The position numbers were made by a program, and so were the translations under genes. This document shows positions 1-8,189 of a DNA stretch of 64,000 nucleotides, one piece after another. The stretch is from the IMG/VR virus record IMGVR_UViG_3300005098_000017, positions 83,434 to 147,433 of that record; one strand, written 5' to 3'. A model generated the notes under the pieces. The model was not told the origin of the DNA. It searched no databases and was given only the letters and a program-made list of their open reading frames with translations. Numbering within the stretch: position 1 is the first letter of the stretch; every line of letters begins with the position of its first letter. Source of the stretch: a virus.

Positions 1-165
1 GGTAAGATATTGGAGGAATTTTTAGCAACGCGTCAGTCGAAGAAAAAATTTGGTGAGGGCGAGGATAGTGATCCCGCGCGTTACTTATCAGGTTTACCTA
101 TTGTTGATGCGGAGGTTGAGGATGTAGATACTGAGAAGAAGGATGATGATAAAAAAGCAGATTAA
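1..165 (+). CDS. 3' end of a phage protein truncated by the window edge (..GKILEEFLATRQSKKKFGEGEDSDPARYLSGLPIVDAEVEDVDTEKKDDDKKAD*)
   Basis: Frame 1 is open from base 1 to TAA at 163-165 and overlaps the next ORF start; function not assignable. Confidence 0.7.
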   Translation, partial: GKILEEFLATRQSKKKFGEGEDSDPARYLSGLPIVDAEVEDVDTEKKDDDKKAD

Positions 166-670
166 AATATTAGAGGGACTTGCTAAGTCAGGTAAAGAAT
201 TCGTGAGGCATTTTGGACAGTTCTTGCGTGGTTCACATAATTTAGAGCCGCTGATTGAGTTACCCGCGAAGACATTTAGGAAGCCGCCGCCTCTCCTTCT
301 GTTCAAGAGATCAGCGGGTTTAATAGAAACAAACATCGTTAAACCTAAGTTGGTAAGATCTACGGTAAGGCGGTTGGAATATGCTATGACACAAGATGTA
401 ATTAAGCGGATGCGGCAGAAGCTTAATTATAAGTTTTTGAAGAATAAGGTCGTACCGTTGACCAAAAATGTAAGAAGGGCGCGGCTTCGTACATCTTATA
501 AGCTTATGAGACCCAAACCGACAGGCAGGCATATACGTGATGTGATGTCTATACAAGGTGCAGGTATTGCTTGGGAGAATTTACATAAGCAGTCTTTAAA
601 TAAATTAGAGGTAACAAGGATAGGTTTTAGACCGAGGGTCAGGAAGCAATGGATAGGTTCGATCAGTTAA
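143..670 (+). CDS. Highly basic (Arg/Lys-rich) hypothetical protein, 175 aa
   Basis: ORF in an overlapping chain of + strand genes; very few acidic residues. Confidence 0.7.
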   Translation: MMIKKQIKILEGLAKSGKEFVRHFGQFLRGSHNLEPLIELPAKTFRKPPPLLLFKRSAGLIETNIVKPKLVRSTVRRLEYAMTQDVIKRMRQKLNYKFLKNKVVPLTKNVRRARLRTSYKLMRPKPTGRHIRDVMSIQGAGIAWENLHKQSLNKLEVTRIGFRPRVRKQWIGSIS

Positions 671-1431
671 ATTTATATGCGCAGCAGACTGATGAGTATT
701 TCCTTCCCGAAGATAAATATAGACCATTGCCATGGAGGGTTGCTGCTAGTTATGTAGGTCTTATCAAATCACCTTTTACGGCAAGTATTGGTATTGGTAA
801 GGCCTATGCTACCTTAGCAGGCACATCAATCTTATATCATTATGTGTATCGTCCCAAGATATGGCGTACTGCTGTTAAGACAGGAGAACTTAAGTGGGTT
901 GGTTTCCCGGGCTTCAGAGGATTTGCGCAGGGTCCACGTGGTGGGGTGATGCGCAAGACAGGTCACTGGTTGTTTGGGCAGATGTTGAGACCTGTATTGA
1001 AGACGCAGGCTTATGATCTGTATAGGAAGCGCGGCTTAATGGGTGTTGCCATGTATATGAAGCAGGCTGGTAAGCCGGGTCTAGCGAGAAAGATTTATAA
1101 GGTTGCTCGTGTTTTGGGTGGTGGCAGCATCAAGGTTGGACGTGTTGCTGCAAGCTTGGGTCGTACTGCTGCTTGGGGTATGCTTGCGTATGATGTTGTT
1201 CGTGGTGGTATAGCACTAGCAGGGGCGGCTATGAACCGCGGGCTTCGCATTCTGGATAGAGTGCATACTACATTAGTGCGTCTCAGGAGAAATCAATTAC
1301 CGGAGGCCTATAGGATGCCTCAAGCGGCAACACTAAGGTCGTTGGCATTACAAGAGATTCATACATCACGTACTAATGTAAGAAGTGTTTTACTGGGTAA
1401 TGAGGCAGCTTATATGCATAGGGCATTATGA
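649..1431 (+). CDS. Basic, Gly/Ala-rich hypothetical protein, possibly an internal virion or ejected protein, 260 aa
   Basis: ORF with ATGA coupling to the next gene; amphipathic Gly/Ala segments; ends ..AATLRSLALQEIHTSRTNVRSVLLGNEAAYMHRAL. Confidence 0.75.
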   Translation: MDRFDQLNLYAQQTDEYFLPEDKYRPLPWRVAASYVGLIKSPFTASIGIGKAYATLAGTSILYHYVYRPKIWRTAVKTGELKWVGFPGFRGFAQGPRGGVMRKTGHWLFGQMLRPVLKTQAYDLYRKRGLMGVAMYMKQAGKPGLARKIYKVARVLGGGSIKVGRVAASLGRTAAWGMLAYDVVRGGIALAGAAMNRGLRILDRVHTTLVRLRRNQLPEAYRMPQAATLRSLALQEIHTSRTNVRSVLLGNEAAYMHRAL

Positions 1432-1775
1432 GAGCATTACGTAGATTAAGGGAAATATATAATAGGCCGCAGATAGCACCACGGAATGTTTACCATTTTG
1501 TTGATCCTTTAGCTCGTGTCAAACGGTTACGGTTGTGGAGGGGTCGATTAGTTAACAGTCAAGGCAAAAAGGTTGTTAACAAGATTTTGCCGTCTATAAA
1601 GCGCAGGAGGCCGCGGGCTTCAATGGCATTGAGTCGTAAATTACTAAAATTAACCAAACGCAGCTGGATTGGATCGCGGCTTAGTCATTTTATGGTCTCA
1701 AAGGGGCGGCTTCGTAAGTGGGTTGGTGTATTAAATATATTGAAGGATGCTATAAGAATTAGGATGGTAGCATGA
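1428..1775 (+). CDS. Highly Arg-rich hypothetical protein, 115 aa
   Basis: ATGA overlaps at both ends; strongly basic. Confidence 0.7.
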   Translation: MRALRRLREIYNRPQIAPRNVYHFVDPLARVKRLRLWRGRLVNSQGKKVVNKILPSIKRRRPRASMALSRKLLKLTKRSWIGSRLSHFMVSKGRLRKWVGVLNILKDAIRIRMVA

Positions 1776-2497
1776 CAACTCAGATAATAAAAAGTTTACG
1801 CTCCCAAGTTTTTATACCGCCGTCGTTGCAGGAAATGGAGCATATTGCTACACGTATGCGACATTTTACACAGTTGAAGCAGGCACGTAGCGCGTTCCAG
1901 CGGGCGTGGAGTTTCGCACGCAAGACTGGTTTAGGAGCTGAGTATATTGCATCAGCGCGTCCATATATTTTAGGTAAGTATTGGAAAGCTGTAACTGGAA
2001 TATCAGGTGGTTATAAAGGTAAGGTATGGGCTGAAGAGGTTTTTAAAACGCTGAGTACGCACTATGCTAGGTTTACAAGGGCGCCGTTGACTACAACTGT
2101 GGGTGTGCGTCAGGGACTGCGTACACCATTACTTGTATCGGAGTCGATTTTAGGTAAGCGAGTTATATCATTGAAATCTGTTGCTGGTGCTGCAGCGGCT
2201 TCCCGTGCTGCTGCACAGGCTGGTGCTACAGGTGCTGCGAAGGGAGTAACAAATAGGATAATGAGGAATCGTTTATTGAAGCGTATTGCTCAGGGAACGT
2301 TTAAATTTGCACAGAGCAAAACGGGTGCTTTTACAGCTGCTGTGCTCGGCGGGCTTATAGCATTAACAATTGCTGGTGCAAGTTATGTAAGAAGGAATCC
2401 ATCAGAGGTTGCTTTGGCCCAGCTTAGGCAGCGTAGGGCCACACGTTATCCAAGGGCGCCTTCTGGTTTGGTCTTTGCACTACATGCAACAAGATAA
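1772..2497 (+). CDS. Basic protein with a C-terminal hydrophobic helix, 241 aa
   Basis: ATGA overlap; hydrophobic segment AFTAAVLGGLIALTIAGASYV; ends ..GLVFALHATR; directly upstream of TerL. Confidence 0.75.
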   Translation: MTTQIIKSLRSQVFIPPSLQEMEHIATRMRHFTQLKQARSAFQRAWSFARKTGLGAEYIASARPYILGKYWKAVTGISGGYKGKVWAEEVFKTLSTHYARFTRAPLTTTVGVRQGLRTPLLVSESILGKRVISLKSVAGAAAASRAAAQAGATGAAKGVTNRIMRNRLLKRIAQGTFKFAQSKTGAFTAAVLGGLIALTIAGASYVRRNPSEVALAQLRQRRATRYPRAPSGLVFALHATR

Positions 2498-2498
2498 T

Positions 2499-4955
2499 AT
2501 GGAAGGGAAAAGGTTATCATTAAAAGAGCTGAGTGCTGATGAACTTTTGCGCATACGCAAATCCGCTTCTTACTTTGTTGAATTATTCCTGCGTGATCCA
2601 ACCGATCCGCGCCGGCCTCTAAAACTCTACGATTACCAGCGTGAGGTTTTGGATTATCCCGGTAAGAAGGTTGTTATAAGAGGCGGCCGTGGTGTCAGCA
2701 AAACAACAATGATGGCATGGAAGGCATTACACCGTGCCTTCACAATACCAAGGCATGTTATTATTTATTTAGCACAATCGGAGACGATGCTGCTCAGATT
2801 TTTTACTGATTACCTTGACCGCTTCATTACAGATTCACCTCTAAGTAAATCGAAGGTTGCCTACCGCAAGCAGCCTCAGTATGAGATTGTATTGAGTAAT
2901 GAGTCAAAAATTTTGGGGTTTGTTGGTAATTCTACGCAGACAATCAGAGGCCCGCGGGCTGGTACCATTCTTATTGATGAATGTTTTCACGGTATGACGA
3001 AGGTCTTAACACAGCGCGGGCTTATTCCCATCAGTCGTGTTAGGGATGGTGATTATGTTCTTGATGCTGATAGCAAATGGGTGCGTGTTATCCGCGCTGC
3101 GATGACGGGTGTTAAAGAAATGTGGGTTATTGAGCTACCTATATCAGATGAAAAATTGGTTGTTACACCTGATCACCCTGTTTTAACAAAGGATTCAGGG
3201 TTTCAGCCTCTTAATACGGTTGATGAGATACCGATTAGCTGTCGTTATTATGAGCCTTTTGAGTATCCTAAGGAAGCGGCGCTGGCGCTTATTTATGCAC
3301 GATATATAAGCGAGCGTGAATCACTTGTATTTAATAATGAAGGTGTGCGGCTTATTATGTCTGGTTATCCCAGATTCCGCACATTTTATGAGCGTTTCAC
3401 GGCGGGCAGACATATTAATCCTGTGCTTATTGAGAAGGATTTTATAGACGGAAAAATTGATCAGCGTCTTTTTGTATATTATCTAGCTGCATTTGTTAAT
3501 AGATTTCCTAAGATTGTCATCGATTATCTGACGGGGTTGGGTTATAAGGTTATAGCGGGTTCGCTGGCTAGTGATGATGTACCTAGATATGAAAAGGAGA
3601 TAGGTTTTCCATTTTTTGAGTCAGGATGGTCAACGATTGTAAAATTAGCTGATAAGTTGAACCGTGATCCTGTTGAGTTATATAAGGAGATGAATTGGTA
3701 CAATACAGGCATATTTGTTCCTTATAAGAAGAAATCTACCATTAAGGCGGCGGCTTATAACCTTACTACCGAATCGGGGACTTATTGTGTCTTTATTGGT
3801 GGATTCCGCATTCCTGTTCACAATTGTGATTATATACCTGAGCGTAAGTTTGTAGAGGTATTTGGTACAACAATGTCAATGGAGGATGTTGTTATATGGT
3901 TATCATCCACACCCAGTCCTAAGAGAGGTTACTTTTGGCGTGCATGTAATGATGAACGCATGGGATTCAAGGAGTTTCATTTACCAAGTTGGTTGCATCC
4001 GACATGGACGTGGATGAAGGATGCTGAGAGATTGGGCATACCTATCGAAGAGACAACAGAGTATCAAACTCGTGTTGAGTTTCCTAATCAAGCTGACTGG
4101 TTGCGTGAAATAGCCGCTGAGTTTGTTGATCTTGAGGAGAGCGCTATACCATCAAAATATATAGATGAAGCATTCCAGCATTATGACGGTGAGGTGAGCA
4201 GGAAGCGCGGCTTCCGCATCCTTGGTATCGATTGGAATGCGATGGCAGCAGGGGTTGTTATGGTGTTAGTAGAATACGATAATAAAAATAATGTATTTAG
4301 GGTTATCCATTCAGAAACGATTTCTAATGTTGAATATCATCACCAGAAGGCATTGCAACGTATTGTTGAGATGGTTAAACAATATCGCATTGATGCTATT
4401 GCAGCTGATTGGGGTTATGGAGAAAGTGATATACAGCAGCTCCAGCTTATTGGTAGAGCTAAAGGGATTCGCGCGCTTACTGACATTATGGCCGTAAAGT
4501 TTAATGAGAAGATAAAAATACCGCTTTTCTCTGGTGGTTATGATGAATGTTATGCTAAGGAATACCTTATGCGGTTGGTCAGGAAGTTATTTGAGATGGG
4601 TGCTATCATGCTGCCTCCATCGGAGGATGAAAGGTTGCCTGAAAATTACGCTGATGCTACGAATATGTTGGGATACCAGTTGCGTAATTTGCGTGCTAAG
4701 GTAACAGGGACTGGTCACCTTACCTATGTTGTTGAACCAGACCATAAATTTGCTGCATTTTTAGCTGCTGTCTATGGGTTTTATAGAACATTCCAACCAC
4801 GTATAGACCCGGTGCAGGGGCTTATTATTTATAATGATTTAGAACGGCAAGAACAGAAGTTGGATCATGTTCCTAGTATAACATTACAGCCGAAGAAGAC
4901 ACAGCGGTTTGTCCATAGAGTTACAAATAGGTATAAGCCAATAAGAACTGTATGA
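2499..4955 (+). CDS. terL: Terminase large subunit, intein-containing
   Basis: Adenine-binding motif LYDYQ, Walker A-like RGGRGVSKT, Walker B ILIDE, motif C LSSTP, RNase H-like nuclease motifs ILGIDWN and ADWGYG; start moved to ATG 2499, one base after the upstream TAA. Confidence 0.93.
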   Translation: MEGKRLSLKELSADELLRIRKSASYFVELFLRDPTDPRRPLKLYDYQREVLDYPGKKVVIRGGRGVSKTTMMAWKALHRAFTIPRHVIIYLAQSETMLLRFFTDYLDRFITDSPLSKSKVAYRKQPQYEIVLSNESKILGFVGNSTQTIRGPRAGTILIDECFHGMTKVLTQRGLIPISRVRDGDYVLDADSKWVRVIRAAMTGVKEMWVIELPISDEKLVVTPDHPVLTKDSGFQPLNTVDEIPISCRYYEPFEYPKEAALALIYARYISERESLVFNNEGVRLIMSGYPRFRTFYERFTAGRHINPVLIEKDFIDGKIDQRLFVYYLAAFVNRFPKIVIDYLTGLGYKVIAGSLASDDVPRYEKEIGFPFFESGWSTIVKLADKLNRDPVELYKEMNWYNTGIFVPYKKKSTIKAAAYNLTTESGTYCVFIGGFRIPVHNCDYIPERKFVEVFGTTMSMEDVVIWLSSTPSPKRGYFWRACNDERMGFKEFHLPSWLHPTWTWMKDAERLGIPIEETTEYQTRVEFPNQADWLREIAAEFVDLEESAIPSKYIDEAFQHYDGEVSRKRGFRILGIDWNAMAAGVVMVLVEYDNKNNVFRVIHSETISNVEYHHQKALQRIVEMVKQYRIDAIAADWGYGESDIQQLQLIGRAKGIRALTDIMAVKFNEKIKIPLFSGGYDECYAKEYLMRLVRKLFEMGAIMLPPSEDERLPENYADATNMLGYQLRNLRAKVTGTGHLTYVVEPDHKFAAFLAAVYGFYRTFQPRIDPVQGLIIYNDLERQEQKLDHVPSITLQPKKTQRFVHRVTNRYKPIRTV
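2982..3824 (+). mobile_element. Intein (281 aa) in TerL with a degenerate endonuclease-sized linker
   Basis: Block A CFHGMTKVLT directly after Walker B DE; block B VTPDHPVL; block F AYNLTTESG; block G PVHN followed by Cys(+1). Confidence 0.93.
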
Positions 4956-6343
4956 AAATATATGTAAGTAACATAAGTGAGGATGATGTTATATCTTATG
5001 AGGGGCGGCGCAACCGTGTGCTTGTAGTTTATGAAGGTGGCCGCAAGGATGTTGTCTATGCTGAGTGTGGTAATGGATTCATTGATGTTGATACTGATAG
5101 GCGTGATATAAAGAAGATCAAGGGTGTGTTAAAGGGCGGGCGCTTAATTGACATTGATGTCCATGCAGACATGTTTGATTTTATACCTGATGTTGTAGAA
5201 AAACCCACCAGAGAGCGCAGACCTGCTGAACCCTTAAGGGTTGAGACACCAGAAACGCTGACGCCCGAGAAGGAGGAAGAACTAAAATTAGAAATGTTGG
5301 GGATTCTTACCAGCATTATCACTGGTTTACAGTATGCGCATAATTTGAAGACGTTAAATGAGGTTGAAAAAGTATTGGATGAGAAGCTTGCCAATTTATG
5401 CGTTAAATTTGACCCATCAGAGCGTCCTATGCTAGTTAAATCGTTGGCTTTTGTTCGCGGGTGTAAGGAAAATCAGGTTGGTAATTGCGCTTATGTTGAG
5501 GATTTTAATAGAGCAATGAATATTATTAATGCCGCGCCTATATTATTAACAGGTACGAACCCTTTATTAATACCTGCTAGTGAAAAGGTTCCTCGTTATA
5601 AACTACCGGCGGGGCTTCCTCCGAACATCATAGCACGTAAGGATTTTTATAGGCAGTTAACAGTTGACAGAGATGTATCGACGAGTGCTATTGAGGATTT
5701 AAGGAGCGTTCAGCTTATTGATGTATGGCGTATTATGATCCTTAAGGCTAGTATTGAGTTTTTGAAATTATTGCGTAGCATATTTAGTGTTCTAAGCAAG
5801 GTACCGGGGTTAAAAGCGATTCCTCGTACGCTTGATCGATGGATTGAGGATTTAGGTAAACAGTTATCGCATTATGTGGATCCTCAAGGTAATGTGTATG
5901 TAGGTAATGAAGGATATACCCCGCCATTATCTGTAATACTGGATGAAGAAACTGATTATAGTGATGAGGATATAGACGATGCAGTAAGTGAATATGAACA
6001 ATTTAAGGGTGAGCTTAACAAGGGTGTTGCGGGTATAGGTGGTGTTGAATCTTCTAATGCCTTAACATATGCTAATACCATTATTAAATTTTTTGCAGCT
6101 GAGTTCCCCAAGCAGTATCCTGATAAGATGCATTTGTTAACAGCAAAGTATTATTTACCGCAAGCCAAGGATAAGGTTATGGCGGCAATTGGTACTGATT
6201 GGATGCACTTATGTACCCCTGAGAGGAAGGCTATAATGCGTGAGATTGAAGCGGATCCGCGGCTTAACTTTTACTGGGGTACTCTTATTAACCGTTTGGA
6301 ATCCGAGGAAGGTGTTCATTGGGTGATGGGAGAGAATGGCTAA
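4952..6343 (+). CDS. Hypothetical protein between TerL and portal, 463 aa
   Basis: Long ORF with ATGA overlap and codon usage like its neighbours; no recognisable motif. Confidence 0.8.
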   Translation: MKIYVSNISEDDVISYEGRRNRVLVVYEGGRKDVVYAECGNGFIDVDTDRRDIKKIKGVLKGGRLIDIDVHADMFDFIPDVVEKPTRERRPAEPLRVETPETLTPEKEEELKLEMLGILTSIITGLQYAHNLKTLNEVEKVLDEKLANLCVKFDPSERPMLVKSLAFVRGCKENQVGNCAYVEDFNRAMNIINAAPILLTGTNPLLIPASEKVPRYKLPAGLPPNIIARKDFYRQLTVDRDVSTSAIEDLRSVQLIDVWRIMILKASIEFLKLLRSIFSVLSKVPGLKAIPRTLDRWIEDLGKQLSHYVDPQGNVYVGNEGYTPPLSVILDEETDYSDEDIDDAVSEYEQFKGELNKGVAGIGGVESSNALTYANTIIKFFAAEFPKQYPDKMHLLTAKYYLPQAKDKVMAAIGTDWMHLCTPERKAIMREIEADPRLNFYWGTLINRLESEEGVHWVMGENG

Positions 6344-8189
6344 ACTTAGTGAAATATTAGCGGATGTTGAGGGCTATGTTTCGTCTCATTACCCTGAATA
6401 CATGAATTTTATAAATGATAGATCTGTTGAATATGCTAGGGTATCTGAGTCTGAAAGAGATCGTTGGTGGAATTTTTGGTATAGTGCGATACGTTCATCT
6501 ACTGAGTATGTATGCGAGAGTATTTGGCGGGATGCTGAAAATGATGTAGGGTTAACGTATGTTATTTTTGTACGGGATGTTGTTGTAGATTTATTAGAGG
6601 AACGATTTAGGGGTAATGATGTGTATATAAACTCGATAATAACCGATATAGCTGGTGAATCATCATATATTTATGCTGTGAGGGAGGGTACGGCTGGTGA
6701 AGATGAGCGTGGTAGCGAGGATGAGGCAGAAGAAGGTGATATACAATCTAAGATTTTAAATCTGATTGAGTCAGTAGATTGGCGGGCGCTTAGCGTTGCT
6801 TATGAAGAGGATAAAGGATTTCATCTACGTGCGTTGGGTACTTATCATCTTGAGATGTTATCCCGTCCTGATACATTTATAAATCAAGTGTGGAAAGAAT
6901 ACCGTTCATGGGCAAGAGAGAATGGTTTATCACTAGATGTTACGCATACCAATATTAGGGCATTTTTGGCGGCTAGGTGGGGGCTTCATTATCCAACAGA
7001 TGCAGATGTAAAGGTTGATGAAGGGCGTATGGTTACGGTTACGGTTGCCCGTCCCGGTGAACCTTTTGCAATAGGTCTTGGGTTTGATGATTCATGGAAT
7101 ATTATAAAGGAGGATATGCAGCACATATGGAATTCGTTTGTTAGACGTTATGATGTCCTCAAATCATTTGATTGGAAAACCTATTTTATGAAGCAAGTGC
7201 AGGATATCGTTGATCATTTTGTTCATATAATTGATGTTGATCCTATTTATATGGCATGTTGTCTTTTGGATACGGGTTTAACATTGGAGAGATATCTGAA
7301 TCCAAGGCTTCTAGGAGCTATAGGACGTATTCTTGAGATCTTGACATACTCGCCTTATATAGGATTGTCATTTGGGTTTGATTTCATGAAGGCAATAAAT
7401 GCTACATTAAGTTTCATGATACGATCCGGTTGGATAATATTTTTGAAATTTACTGTTTTTAATGCTGTTTCCAGCATTTGGTATAAGATTGATAGATTTT
7501 TGTATGAGTTGGGGACTTGTATTACAGGGCCGGGCATAAATAGGGATTGGTGTAAGGGTTGGATGGCTTTTTTGAGGTGTGTCCCGCTTATGGATTTTTT
7601 GTATTTCCTATATAATAAGCTTACAGGTATAAAGAATAGTATACTAGCATTTTATTTTAACTTATTAGATGATTTGAAATTTCGGGAATGGCATTTTTTG
7701 GAACATTTAAGGGGTATAACACGCAATGCTATTAATATTAACATAATTAATAATTGGCGTACTTATTTTAATAAATTATTAACAATAGCTGATGCATTAG
7801 CATTGTGTATATCATCAGCTGATGTGCAGGATTACAAGGGTCGGTTCAGACAATATAGAGAGCCTATTATACCACCGCCGGGTGGTATACCGGAGGATGA
7901 AGAGCATATCCATACGTCGGGACGTATACCTAGTGAGCACCATGATGTTGCCAGACAGAGGAGTCGGCGTTCATCATTTTATTATAGTCCTGTTGGTATA
8001 AGCGCTGATGATATGGTAAATATGCCTGTAGACAGCGTTATTGCTACAGTTGTACCAAATGAATTGTATAGAAGACTTGTGGAATGGTATAATTTTGTGC
8101 AAGAACACGTTCATACAGAAAGTAAGGATGAATGTGATCGCCGGTTGATAACCGGCTTGTTTAAGCTAATGGAGGACTTGTATGAATAG
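6336..8189 (+). CDS. Hypothetical protein with an aromatic/hydrophobic, Cys-containing C-terminal half, 617 aa
   Basis: Long ORF overlapping both neighbours; motifs MACCLL, GTCITG, WCKGW, RCVP. Confidence 0.8.
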   Translation: MAKLSEILADVEGYVSSHYPEYMNFINDRSVEYARVSESERDRWWNFWYSAIRSSTEYVCESIWRDAENDVGLTYVIFVRDVVVDLLEERFRGNDVYINSIITDIAGESSYIYAVREGTAGEDERGSEDEAEEGDIQSKILNLIESVDWRALSVAYEEDKGFHLRALGTYHLEMLSRPDTFINQVWKEYRSWARENGLSLDVTHTNIRAFLAARWGLHYPTDADVKVDEGRMVTVTVARPGEPFAIGLGFDDSWNIIKEDMQHIWNSFVRRYDVLKSFDWKTYFMKQVQDIVDHFVHIIDVDPIYMACCLLDTGLTLERYLNPRLLGAIGRILEILTYSPYIGLSFGFDFMKAINATLSFMIRSGWIIFLKFTVFNAVSSIWYKIDRFLYELGTCITGPGINRDWCKGWMAFLRCVPLMDFLYFLYNKLTGIKNSILAFYFNLLDDLKFREWHFLEHLRGITRNAININIINNWRTYFNKLLTIADALALCISSADVQDYKGRFRQYREPIIPPPGGIPEDEEHIHTSGRIPSEHHDVARQRSRRSSFYYSPVGISADDMVNMPVDSVIATVVPNELYRRLVEWYNFVQEHVHTESKDECDRRLITGLFKLMEDLYE

